NCBI RefSeq assembly: GCF_000181795.1
Contig: NW_003526941.1
Location: forward strand, 3,566,520-3,592,583
Source: Trichinella spiralis
Taxonomy: Eukaryota
Reading direction: 5' to 3'
Length of the DNA stretch: 26,064 nucleotides
Under the pieces are notes generated by a model. It made no database searches. It had not been told where the DNA came from and saw nothing but the letters and a program-made list of their open reading frames with translations. This document shows, one piece after another, positions 11,586 to 24,300 of this stretch (position 1 is the first letter of the stretch; every line of letters starts with the position of its first letter). The position numbers were made by a program, and so were the translations under genes.

Positions 11586-12340
11586 ATGGGCACAAGTCCA
11601 GAATGTGGTACTGTTCAGTGTTCAAGTTCTGCTTTTATATCTCAGCTTCGGTAAGTTGAATTTGAAACTTATATATATATATATTGTTATTTTTTTCACC
11701 TTCTTCTTCACCTTTCTAGTGAATGCGGAAGAAAATGCTTGCTTTCGTCAACAATTTCAATCTGCATGCTCCGATGGGAGCAAATTAAGAATCGCATTGC
11801 GCTATTATGTTAAAGATGGCCGATGCGTTGCTTATCCAGCTTCACTGTGCGAAGGTGCTAATGAACAAAAATTTGATTTATTTAAATCAGCTGCAGAATG
11901 TGAGGGGCGGGGTGAAAAATTACAACCTAGCAGGTAACTTTATTTTATTATACTTTACTTTGCTTATCACTCTTGTATTGTTATAATATTTTTGCTGCAG
12001 ATGATTTACAGCAAACTCCTGCACCGTCGAAAGCATCATCATCGTCGTCTCCTCCTTCTTCATTGGAAGTTTCAAAAGAAATTCCAAAAGTGACAAAACA
12101 TGTCGACATTATTAGAATTCGAAAAATTGGTAATAATAACAATGACAGACAGTCAGCTGGTGATTTCAATGAACAATAAATAAATTGACCATTTGAAATA
12201 CTTTTAAGGCCGGCCCACTGTCCCGACCGTAGCAACTGCCCAGCCTCAGTTGACAAGTGCCCCAATATCGAATAAATTTTCATCCCAGTGCAGTGTTGCT
12301 TATGATGCAGGTCATTGCAAAAATGAAACACAACGATGGT
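11586..12340 (+). pseudogene. Inverted partial copy of exons 1-4 of the Kunitz gene (frameshifted; may be an assembly artefact)
   Basis: ATGGGCACAA replaces ATGGCACAA (+1 frameshift immediately after the ATG). The end of exon 2 is garbled (gaggggcggggtgaaaaattac versus gaacgacgctgtctaaattcc). No intact exon 5 follows. Confidence 0.5.
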
Positions 12341-12847
12341 GAGCTTCTTCTTCCGTTGCATCTGCACAGAATCAGATTTTTCCATTTCAATGAAATACAA
12401 GTTCCCAAATTTTCAGGACATGTCATTTTTTCACAGCATCTCGAATCCCGCAAAATTATTATATTACTTCACTGCTTCATTATATTATAGTATATTATAC
12501 TACATTAGATTAAAGTATCCAGATCATCAAATTATCTTTTTTGAATTCAACAATACATTTTGAAATCAGGTTGAAAATGATTTCTTCTTATTGTACTTAC
12601 TTATATTGTCCTCAACAATATCCAACTATTCTCTTGTTCTCGTATGAATGATTGACTGAATTGTTCACCATATTTTTTTACTATAATCTAATTGACTACT
12701 ACTTCCAAATGTGTATGCCGACAGTTCGATTTCTCAATGTCACAACGTTTCACAATCTCTTTGTATGGATCTTGGCGTTCCAAAGATCTGTCCTCTTTGT
12801 CATCAGTAGCGCGAAATTTCCTGAGCTGACCTTCGTTTGCATGCATG

Positions 12848-12857
12848 NNNNNNNNNN
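12848..12857. other. Assembly gap (10 N)
   Basis: Run of n characters. Confidence 1.
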
Positions 12858-12943
12858 CCCTTCCCCCCAGTGGAGAGGGAAACAACCACCCACATACTTT
12901 CCCCCACATGCGCGCGCGCTCGCAAACACATATTTATGTACTT

Positions 12944-13044
12944 TATATACATAAATATATATTTATATATATATATATATATATAATATATATATATATG
13001 TATGTAGGTATGTATATATGTGTTTGTGTGTGCGCGCGTGTGTG
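12944..13044. repeat. (TA)n / (TATG)n / (TG)n microsatellite
   Basis: Read directly from the sequence. Confidence 0.9.
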
Positions 13045-16000
13045 GTGTATGTATGTGGTTGTTGGTTGCTTCTCCAATGGGTGAATGGCTAATGCAGCAA
13101 ATGAAAGTGCGATTTTCTTCACTCGGAAATTCTGCGGCCTAATTAGCGAAATTGTGACGTTTGGGTCAGGGCGCGCTTTGGACGCTATCACAAACCAATC
13201 GGACACAATCCGATCAGTGTGGAAAAATTTTTGACAGATTTATCTGCTATTGAATGTCACGCTTTGTAATGTAATATCAAGTACAGATCATGATAAGTTA
13301 CTTGGTGGTGTATATCATTTTGCAGATTATTTTCGGGTCAAGGTAACATGTTCCTTAAGCGCGTTCTCTTTCGTGCAACCAACAATTTTTGCTCTTTCAT
13401 TACGTAATCTTTCCACCAGCCAGCCAATCCTGCAGCTTGCTCGCTTGCACTTTACAATGATGAATGCCAGTTAATATTGATAAATATGCGTACACTTTTG
13501 CACAATTCCACTCATCCGTACAACAAGCTTGTCAAGCTTGTTGCAAATACCATCGGGGTTGTTAGCATAATCAGCATATCATGCCTTCGATCAAAGTTTA
13601 ATTTTGTTTTTTTTTCCTATTTTTCTTTTTTTGCTGAACTGAACAAAAGCGCATATAGCTTGGCATATGGCAGTCGCCATGCAAGTGCGTTGAACTTTAG
13701 CGTGCCGGCACAAGAAACGTCACCATTTTATTCATCATTATTCCAAAGTTAACCAAACTTTGACACATTCACACTTGCGATAAAATTTTCAATTAATTCA
13801 ACAAAATTTCAAATACCAGGCATTCCAATAAATGGAATTTTTATTTTTTTAAATAAAATATGTTTTTCTTATTACTTTTTTTAAACAAACTAACAACGAT
13901 TCGATGCTTTCAATGAGAACATTTATTTACTGACGCTTGTGCATAGTGAAAAAAGTTATTACTGAATCATAGGAATATTATTTTGTCAACTGTTCAACTT
14001 TTTATTTCAATTACTCTAAGTATACATGCATACATTCATTTGTTCATTCATTCTAACTACGGCAAGGTAAATTAATGGTAACTTTTCAAATTTTATGACC
14101 ATTATTATTTTCGAATAAGTGAAATAAATCGTTTTTTTGGCAGTTAAAAGTAAAAGACAAAAAATTGTATAAAATGGTTTTTTAATAGCTGTTACTTTTA
14201 AATCATTCTTTAAATAAAGAAATGTTCACCACTGTGCATCAGGCAATGATGAATGGAACACTTCGAAGGAATTGGAATTGCAAGTGAAAATTTATTCATT
14301 TACCCCTTAATTTAATGCTAATAAATAATGAGCAAAACCTATTCATCACATTATCAATATCAGTTGGTGTTTCAATACGTTGTATAGTTTCATTGATTAT
14401 GCTACGGATTTTATTTATTTGTGTGAGATAAAAATTTTAAACAAAAATAAGCTTTCAAAATAATACTTTGAAAGCTGCGAAAAGTTTTACTCTTTACGCT
14501 GTTGTTGTTTTCATTTTTCTGCAACATTTTCCCGTTTTTAGCCGTAGGCTAAATTTCCCTTTCTTCTATGAATACTGTTTTCCTGTGAAATATGATTGAT
14601 ACCAGTGAAAACAATAAATGCATCTTTATTTACGCATCACTTAAACAGGAATTCATATGAATATTGATGTCAAAAGAAACTTTTTCACCATGATTGACGT
14701 TAGTCAACTTTGTTTATAAAGAATGCTATCAAACAGTATGAAGATGAACTTCTTGGTATAAAAGAAAAAAACAGTATAATATATTACAATATCATTGCAC
14801 ACTTTAAATTGTATTTGATATGTCCATTTTCACTCGAATAACATTTTAATTTTACTGAATTACAAAATGAAGAAGAAATGAGACGTGCCGAAATGAGAAA
14901 TTAAAACGAAAAATGAAATTTTCAAAAATCAAAACGAGCAATTCTTTAATATACGAGCACCTTTTGACAAATTCACAAATAGCTGTTACGATCACAAATA
15001 ACTTAGTATACGTTTTCATTTCTTTTGGATGGACAAACAAAACATACGTATATACATTTCTGTGCACTTATGACTGTCTGTCTCAGAGAGCAAATAGATG
15101 AATTTGAATTATTATAGCATGTTATTATTGAAGATAGTATTGCTTATTTATACTTGATGATCGAACATAATATTCTGTAGATTTTAGGAAAAATAAGAAC
15201 AGAATGCTTTTTTTGTTGTTGCTCGTCGCGCATTGATCTGTATTGCTTTTTTGTTGAGTCGTGTTTGTTATATTTTTGTTTGTTTCTTGTTTTTGAGGTA
15301 TGTATGTTTTCATTATTTACGTTGAAAACAATTCTCTCTTGCAACGATAAAAACGTATCACACACATCAAGTTCTGCTAACGGCGAACTTATCGCTTCGA
15401 TTGTGGGGACTGCTCATGCGATCTGCTTGCCAGAGGACACCTGGCTGAAGATTGTTGAAGTGCTTGCTTAGAATCAACGGCCCAACAAATCATACAGTCC
15501 ATTGCTCCCTGAGCATCAGTAAAATCAACTCAGCCGTCTACAAATGAAAAGCATGAATTTATCAATCGAATGAAGATTAGCAGTTGTAAATTATAATAAC
15601 AACTCATGTCCAGATCAGCTTTTTCATTTTACTTTATTAAAGGCAGTTTATTCAGCTTGTCTTTATCAGCAGCTACTTTTGAAATTTAACTTTTTTTTTC
15701 TTCAACTCCTTCACTGGTAAGGAATTTAACTGTTCATAAAATGTTAGTCTGGTGAATTGAATGAATTTGCGCTATCGAATCAAAAGATAGTTATAAAAAA
15801 TTCAAATAACCGACAAACAATATCACGCACATGTGTAATTTTTTTCACGAATATTTTTTATTCTTTTGGAAATATTCAAAACATGAAAATAAACAATAAT
15901 CGCTTGAGTTTGTATATAAGTAAAGTTTATACATTATTGAAATATAATACTGAAATACATAAGCCTATCTTCGTTGGAAGTTCAAAGTCCCATTTTGAAT

Positions 16001-19000
16001 TTAACTGGAATATTTATCTATTTAATTTGTGTTAAAAATATATTAAATAAACATATTAATATATATTTTTGTCCATATTATTTAAAAAGAATTGTATAGT
16101 TTTGTAACATAGTTTATAATTAATTATTAATCAATATAATTATATGTAACCGGAAAACTGGGCTAACATTAAACATAGAATATTCAACTAATTAACAGTC
16201 AAAAGGAAGGTCAAGCGTTGTAGCCAATCAAATTTATTTTAAGCGAAATTTGTTTCGGGCTACAACTAAATTATAAATGTAGCTATTTTGCGTGCGTGGT
16301 CATTTTCACTCATCAGTAGCCAAATGAAGTGGCGTGCATTATTTCTGATACTTTCTGACCAACAACTGAACATGATCACTTCCACTGAATGTAAATTTTC
16401 ACATTTGCTGCCGAATCCATTTCAACAACACGTCAACAACCTTAAACCAAACGTCTTGAATGAAGGTAATGTTTATGAATTTTTTGTTTTTTTTCCAACC
16501 AGTGCATTTATATTTTAATTCGTCAAAATCAATTATTTGCATCTGCATTTCTTTATAAATATTTAATATACATTCTTCATAGTTGAAAACACTGTTTGCT
16601 TGAATTGTGAAATGAAAATAAATGTTCAGTTATTATTTATCTGAGAAATGTTTTTGAGCAAATTTCTTTATTGAAACTGTTCAAATTATTACTTTTATTT
16701 ATGTAAACTGTAAAATTGAACCAATTGAACCATTAAACGCCAAATCAATGTTATTAACTTATTATTTTCATCATCTACACGTTTAGCTTTTATTCATATT
16801 GCCCATTATTACTTTTTTATGCAATTTAGTGTTCGTAAAATTAAATTTTGGCACAAAGTAGATACTGTTTAACATGTGAAGCTTAATGAGAGCTGACAGT
16901 TGGCGTTCAGTAGCGTTTCCTTCTCAAATTGGTACATTTATTGTTGCATTAATTAATGTTTGTTATCTACTTTGTGAAAGTCGTTAATTTTGAAGTTTGT
17001 ATGCTTTACTCTTTTTTATGAATTTTATTGGTGACTCATCCAATTCTGTACTGTTTGCACGCACTCTGTGACTGAAGGTCTCATTGGGACTTCTTTCAGC
17101 TTTTCCATTTTTTTCTGACCAGATGTGATGAGCGTGATGTAAGTTTCTTCCCGTTGAAACTTCCACTTTTTCTAACTGTCTAGATTTTGTGATTTGGCTG
17201 TGCTATATAAATCCACGTATATCTGCTGCTGCTGCATGTAAAAATTTATGTTTGACGTGGTACATCATAACAGTAGGTTCCAATCCAAACATTTCTTAGG
17301 TAAACGGTGAATGAATAATCTGTGATTGAATTGATATCGTTGAAGTTATTGCCAAGATTTGTTTTCATTGTCAATGTGTGTTTAAAAAAATCAGTTGTTG
17401 TCATATATTTAACTTGGCTTTTTCAAGTTGCGCTTTCCTACAGTTTAGGAATTTAAATCAGTAAGCAGTTTATTTTAAATATTTTTTTGCTGTTGTTTAA
17501 TAAATACGTTAAATAGGCTTAAGTTATGAACTTCAAACAATTTTTCTGCATCTTTCAGCAATTTCATTAATAATGTTTATGAATAGATAATAAATGCAAA
17601 ATAAAGCGTACTTAATTTCAGTTTAAAAATTTTGCAATAATTCATTTTTTGAATGTTTGTTCATATTCTACTTTAAAAAATTGATTTCATATTTGCCGTT
17701 AATATGCTTGTTGGCACTGAGATGCTGAATGCTGTGAGGAATGTTGTAATTCTGACTATATTCAGCGCTGATATGCTAATTTTAAAACAAATTCCAAATA
17801 TCATATTGCATGTTAAATTAGATGAATATAAATTTGCATATTAATGATATAATTTTGTGTAAGTATGCTATGCCATTCGATGAAACGCAAGCACTCTTAT
17901 CAATTCAAAATTAGATCATTCGACACAAGGTGAAATATTTTGCTATTTGCATAATTGTCTTACTATTCTTTTCTAATTTTCAGCTTAATCGACAGTTTAT
18001 TCAGTGCATCGTCATCATTGTAAGCGCTGAACCTCGATTCTCTTTTCAATTTATCATCTATGCTTGAAGACTATGCTATGATGCCGGTGGAAAGAATCTT
18101 GGACTTGGAAAAGACATTCTTTGTTTTGCTATTTGTATGAATTTATTATTATGCTTGTTGCTTGTCCAATTTAACAGTCTTGTTTACTTGACTAATGTGA
18201 TTAACATTGACTAATGTGATTGTCGCCTCAGTTCCTTGTTGCATTACGCAACGACTCAATCCCATTTTTAATTACTGAACAGTATTCAGTTTTTACATTT
18301 TCTTTTATTTCAGAATTTTATAATTCCAATGTATTAGATTACAGTTAGTTGCTTTGAGCACAATTAATATAATGTGTGTAAATAAAAACAATAAATTTAA
18401 TCATTTAATAAAATTATTCTCTATATTTATGCCATTAGGCTATTACTGATGGAAAATTAGGTTGTTCTACCAGAGGCAAAGTAGTTATATATTTATATAA
18501 TTTACTTTTCACAATGTTTCATTTCATAGCCATTTAGTCCATAGTGATGGCGGCACGTGGTAAATAACAACATCATGATATTGAATGGTAAGTTGTGTCA
18601 TAACAGGGTTGCTATTATATGCATGCTATTAACATTACACTACAAATATGCTGATTTGAAATGAATGGGGTTTTCTGTTATTATTTTTATTGTTATTAAT
18701 GTCATTATTTTTTAGATGCTGTCTGCCTTATCATCCTCATAACACGATGTCAACAATGCATTGGTGAATTTTGGTAAGTTCTCTGTACCTTGGTAAGTTT
18801 ACACTGGAAAGTTTCACAGCATGCTATGGGATGTAATGAGGCGTTGCAATGAATTAACAAAATTTCTAACAAGTATTTTACAATAAATATCTGCCAGCTA
18901 TTGTTTCATCAGACTTAAAAAGAAGAAACGATTGAAAACCAAATGAGACTTATTGAAGAAAATTTCCAAATTGTGTTGCATATTTTGTTCTTGCACATTA

Positions 19001-19082
19001 TATGCATATACTGCTTTCATTACGGTACGGAAAAATTACATTTTATTTTTTAATCCATGTATTGACTGTACTCAATGTTTAG

Positions 19083-20486
19083 GAAATTGAACCACTCCAA
19101 GGCTGCAGTTTATACAAAATATAATAATTATGAGAAGATGCTACCACTTCTACCATCTTTTCATAATTAACCTGTCGAAATTGCGCAACTGATGTGTTGA
19201 GAAGAACTGCAAGCAACTCGAGTAAGTTATTATACCTAGAGCTTTAGGAAACCTGTATTTATGGATTGTGAAGCTTTTCGTAGTGCCTGAGACGCTGGAG
19301 CATTGTTTGTGATTCTATATGTTCCATCTGAGCATCTTATCTATATGTGAGATTTTCCAAAAGTTCAGAATGGAGCAGCGACCGGTTGGTTCTCAGTGTA
19401 AGAAGAATGGCAATTCCATTAACGATAAAGCGTTACAACGGATAAAAGCCTGTAACAACGGAATGCATAATGCAGAAAGCCGCAGCGTGGTGAGCTACAT
19501 CGTCGGTCGTTGCGTCTGTCAACGAGATGTGGAATTTCCAACCCCAACATTGCAGATTCAGTGGAAGATGTGCTTCGTACAGTTAAAGCCCCCAAAACAC
19601 CAACGCAGTTAATAGAAGAGCGTTATTCGAGCATCAAAAGTGCTGCAAGCATTTCCAGAGATTGCACGAATGGTTGCAGTTTTATATAAACGATACGATT
19701 ATGCAAAGTGAACAGGAGAAGGAAGCTGTCGAAATGGCGCAGTCGATTTGTCGAGAAGCTTTACAAGTGACTCAGGTAAGTTATTGAACAGTATTTATTT
19801 TATATGGGCTTTATTTCTCCACTTCTAAGTCATAGCATTAATATGCATAAATTTTTTAGGTGTGGATCGAAATGGATAGATTGGAAGAATGATTTCAACA
19901 TCAAAAGTGCAAGCATTTCCAGAGATTGCGCGACTGCTTCACGGTTGCACTTTGATTAAAACGAAGTGCAAAGAAAACAGCAGAAGGAAGCTGTCCAAAT
20001 TGCGCAGTAGATTTTTCGAGATGCTTTACAAGTGACTCAGGTAAGTTATTGAGCAGTATTCATTTTATATCCACTTTTAAGTCAACATTAAATAATATGC
20101 ATAAATTTTTTAGGTGTGGATCGAAATGGATAGATTGGAAGAAAGATTCCATCAAAAGTGAAAGCATTTCCAGTGTTTCCGCGACTGCTTCACGGTTGAA
20201 CTTTTATCAAAATGGAGTGCGAAGAAGACAGAAAGAAGCTGCCCAAATTCGCAGTAGATTTGTCGAGAAGCTTTACAAGTGACTCAGGTAAGTTATTCAT
20301 TTTATATCCACATCTAAGTCATAACATAATATGCATAAATGTTTTAGGTGTGGATCGAAATCGAAATCGATAAAAGTACATTCACTGGAAATGCACTTTT
20401 GATGTTGGAATCATTCTTCCATTCTATCAACGAAGTGCAAATTAAGAAGCATATTTGTCGAGAATTTTTAAGTAACGCAGGTAAGT
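19083..20486 (+). pseudogene. Tandem array of decayed exon+intron units of about 235-255 bp
   Basis: Repeated acceptor ttttag|GTGTGGATCGAAAT (exon starts 19860, 20114, 20348) and donor CAAGTGACTCAG|gtaagtt (19775, 20040, 20287, with a variant at 20480). A more diverged copy is at 19083-19221. The copies carry stops or frameshifts. Confidence 0.65.
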
Positions 20487-20774
20487 TGAGCGTACTGCAA
20501 CTTGTACTTGGCTTATGAAGTTCTTTTATAGAGTATGAGATGCATCGTTGAGTCTGGCGGTATCATCTAATCCTACGAGCAGAGAAGATATTAGATCTAA
20601 GGTGAAAATTCCAACTTTAGTTAGGTGAGAAATCGTTCTGCATTTCATTTGGGAGATGCATTATCCAGCGGAACAGGTAAGTCAGACTGTTTGGATTCCT
20701 ACCTACACTTGTTTGGATTCCCGAATGGAATTAGAACTAGCAACAAGTGATATATAAGATTGCATGTATTTCCT

Positions 20775-21275
20775 GGGAATTTTTTGAAAATCGCCTGAGG
20801 CGTAAATCTGGGTGTAGCTTAAAGGTGAACATTTTTTTGAAAATGGATTCAGGCATAGCTCCGGGTGAACCTTGAGGGCTAAATTTTTTTTTAAATTGCC
20901 TGAGGTCTACCTTGGGGCGTAGCCTCAGGGAAATTTTTTTAAAATATTAGAAAATTTTGAAATTTCAGAAAACAGTTGCCGGAGGCGTAGCCTGAGGCAT
21001 AGCCTGAGAGCAAATATTTTTTTGAAATTTGCCTCAGGGGTGGTTTGAAGGCAAATAGTTTTTTTAAATTGCCTGGGGCATAGCCTGAGAGCAAATGTTT
21101 TTTTAAAATTGCCTGGGGCATAGCCCAGGGCGTAGCCGCAGGGTAAAATTTTGAAAAACTTGGAAAATTTTTGAAATTAAAAAGACGTTGCCCGGGGCGT
21201 AGCCTTAGGCATAGCTGGAGGCATACCTCGAGGAAATTTCCCAAAAGGGAGAGCCTAGAGCATAGCCTGAGGCGA
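20775..21275. repeat. Minisatellite of a 12-bp GCCTGAGGC(A/G)TA-like unit alternating with AAAT(T)nAAA tracts
   Basis: About 17 degenerate copies of GCCNNNGGC/G, for example at 20793, 20978, 20990, 21071, 21111, 21123, 21190, 21202 and 21264. A unit of about 40 bp is also visible (aaatgtttttttaaaattgcctggggcatagcctgagagc). Confidence 0.85.
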
Positions 21276-21339
21276 TAATTTTATTTGATCATTTTCATTC
21301 TAGGGCTATTTTCTTAAAGGCTCTCCTGCAACTTATCTT

Positions 21340-24300
21340 ACCTGAATGCCCATACCTAAAATGTGTTAGTATTTACTGGTAGCCTTAACGCAATAACGGA
21401 CCCTTACCTGATACTGTTGAGATGTGGAATGTTCGCATAATTCATTTCACACATTTCAGATCTGATGAGTTGTTCCTGATCTTACTGATTAAGTTGATCC
21501 TGATTAAGGAACTTACTAGTCTTTGATGCAAGATGAACGCACGTTCTACAGTCCTAGTTCTTGAACAGTCCATCTTCTCAAATCCGCTGCTAGTATGAAG
21601 TGTCCGTCGTTGAGTCTGCTGTTCTCTGACTTCTGGCAGATACTGTTACCATATCTAAAACATAAGAGCGTTAATAATTATAGTAAAGCATCAGAAGTAA
21701 TAAGAACTTACTTGACATTACGATGACGCACCTTGGACGGGTATTATTCATATTGTTCAAAATGCTGGCATTAATACCAAACGATTCTGTAAAAATTACA
21801 CCTGAAAAGTGTCAAATTTAGGACTTACCTGTGACTCCAAGAATAAGCATGCTCGGCAAAGTAGCTCTTGCAGCTTCATCTTCCCAGACACCCATGTTAC
21901 CAGATCTAAAACATAAGAGCGTTAATAAGTACAGTAAAGCATCATAAAAGTAATAATTACTTACTTGACACTATGATGACGCAAGTTGAACGTGTACTAT
22001 TCATCCTGTTTAATCTGATATGGTCAAGTATTAAACGAGTCTGTTGATGGAAAATTGAACCTGAAAATATGTATGAGTAATGTCAAATTTAGGACTTACC
22101 TGTGACTCGAAGAATAAGCATGCTCGGCAAAGTATCCAGTGCTGTAGAGACAAATGAATATTCCAACCAGCTGATAATTTCTTGTTTATACGGGTTCCCT
22201 AAGGAAAGCTGTCTTTCTTAAATTTATGCGATAGGGTCAATTTTCTTAGCATGCTCTCAAGCAGCTACGCATGACGAATTGTCTTTCTCCTTTTCACGTA
22301 CGTAGTGGAATCGCTGACAGTCAGCCAAATCCATCCGTGTGATTATTTTTAACCATGTAGTAGAAATTATAAAGATTTGATGTCACAAAATCTCAAAATG
22401 TCTGAAAATTATTAATTACTTATATTACTGGTATTAAATAGCCATATTATAAAAAGTAATTGAAGACAAATAACAGTGCATCTGGATTTAAGCTTTACGT
22501 TACACATAGAAATTGTAAATAGATTACTCACTTGTTAAATCAGGTGCATATGATAAAAATGTGGAGATCATTTGCTCAACTTGAGGGTTCAAAGATGTTG
22601 CTATTTCAATCTTAAACCAAACAACTTTATCCACGGAGTTTAAAGTATGTTATACTTACCCTAGTTCACTTTCAGCGTTACGATCCCATAATGTTGACGT
22701 TTTTCAAACTTCAAAATAATGTGAACCACTTCAGCAGTAGAAAATAATAAAGGCACAGGAATTTAAACTATAAACCATAAAATAAATGCTATACTGATAA
22801 TCTGTTATTGTAAAATACACATACCGTTATTCATATTGAGCTGTGAAGCAAGTCACCGTTGTTCACTTATCCTAAAAGTTATTAGATAATATAATATTTC
22901 TGTTTTCAAAGCGAGTGAAATATAGACAAAGGTGTTTTTTTACTTACATGATGACTTTATTCTATCACCAAAGATATGTGGACGTATTCAACATTTCCAG
23001 GTAAAATTGATAATGGAGAATGTTGAATGTGTTACGTACTAATATAAATTTTCAAATATTAATGTGAGAAGAATGAAGCATTTGTTTTTACTTACATGTA
23101 ATCTTTATTTCTGTCAAGATACGGCAAATATTTCGAGCAGTGCCATCACTAGTTAGGAAATGTAGTATTACAAATTAAATAAGCGATTTGAATTTTAAAA
23201 TAATTATGATGCACTGTTATTTGTCTTCAATTACTTTGTATAATATGGCTATTTCACATTGGTTCATCTGATCATATTCATTATAATGGCATATAAAATA
23301 GAATGGAAGTTGTGATGACCGTATTGCATTGCTTACCTTTTCTTTCGTGTGTAATTGGCAGTTGTCCTTTGCAGTTTTATAACAGTAGTTCCAGTGGTCT
23401 TTATTAGTGTAGTGTAATTTGAATTTCATAGTTTTCTCTTTCTGAAAAATTACATTTTAATGTGAAATTTTAAATTCAAAAATGACTGAAATTTATACTT
23501 GTATGGTTCTCACTGTTCCATCGCACATATATATGGTATTCAGTTTCAAGTCATTTAATATCTGAAAGTAAAATATATTTGTATAGTCATCTCAACATAT
23601 GGAACAGTTATACCTACTCCGTTATTTGCTGCTTCCATACGGAACCAAAGTAATAAATGATCAGGACTGATTCAGCGTTAGTAAAAAGAACAGAAAGATA
23701 GATATCATAAATAAAATTCAGCATTTGTAAAGTCATGCAAATAGCGTGCGTAGAAGATGAGCACCACATTATAGGATATCACTTACCTGTTCGTCGTAGA
23801 TGATATTCAACAGTGCAATTATATTGCAGCACGTTCTGATACGGCGATACACTATACAACTGACCATGAAGGCGACATTCTGAAGCACTGTATAATAATA
23901 ATGAGAGTTGCCTTTGGAAGAATAACCTAATTTAGCGTAATTATTAGCATAATAGCATACAGTGACCGAGACATTTTATTAATTTTACTGTTATAATGAA
24001 AGTTATTTTGCTTCTAGTGATGTAATTTTATGCAAAATGCAATTATCATAAAAACTTATTTTACTAAATTGTATTAGTATATTAGCATTGATAGAAACGA
24101 AAAAAAAGAAAATAATCTGACTTTAAAATATTGCTATTTTTCAAAGTTGCCGAAAAGAGATGTGATGCAAGAAGATGTAAATCATGCGCAACATTTTATA
24201 TTATCAAATATGGAGGTAGTTAATTAACAGCTTTATGTGAAATTGTAAGAAATTGTTAGGCAGTAGTAATTGCAATAACAATAGATACATTCTCCATCAC

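Larger units (their letters stand above)
10100..12780. repeat. Long inverted repeat (fold-back palindrome) centred near 11437
   Basis: 11482-12390 is the reverse complement of about 11390-10485, essentially identical over about 11930-12390 (the ORFs 10699..10905- and 11973..12179+ are identical). Weaker mirror similarity continues to about 12780, for example ttcgatttctcaatgtca at about 12725 versus ttcgattttcaattgtca at about 10150 on the minus strand. Confidence 0.95.

Noticed and set aside
10493..12400. Twin ORFs of 134 and 139 aa (10493..10897+ and 11981..12400-)
   Set aside because: Antisense to Kunitz exons 3-4 and duplicated only because of the palindrome.
12652..13206. ORFs spanning the N gap and the TA repeats
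   Set aside because: They derive from low-quality sequence and microsatellite translation.
15357..15740. Minus-strand exon-like patch (acceptor at 15538; DG*VDFTDAQGAMDCM, faintly RRM-like; in-frame TGA considered as selenocysteine)
   Set aside because: All frames have stops, I found no convincing partner exon or SECIS, and the similarity is too weak to call.
18188..18221. 15-bp direct repeat ttgactaatgtgatt
   Set aside because: An isolated slippage-type duplication with no element between the copies.
20775..21275. CRISPR-like array, or the 101-aa ORF 20939..21244
   Set aside because: The context is eukaryotic, there are no unique spacers or cas genes, and the ORF is a translation of the minisatellite.
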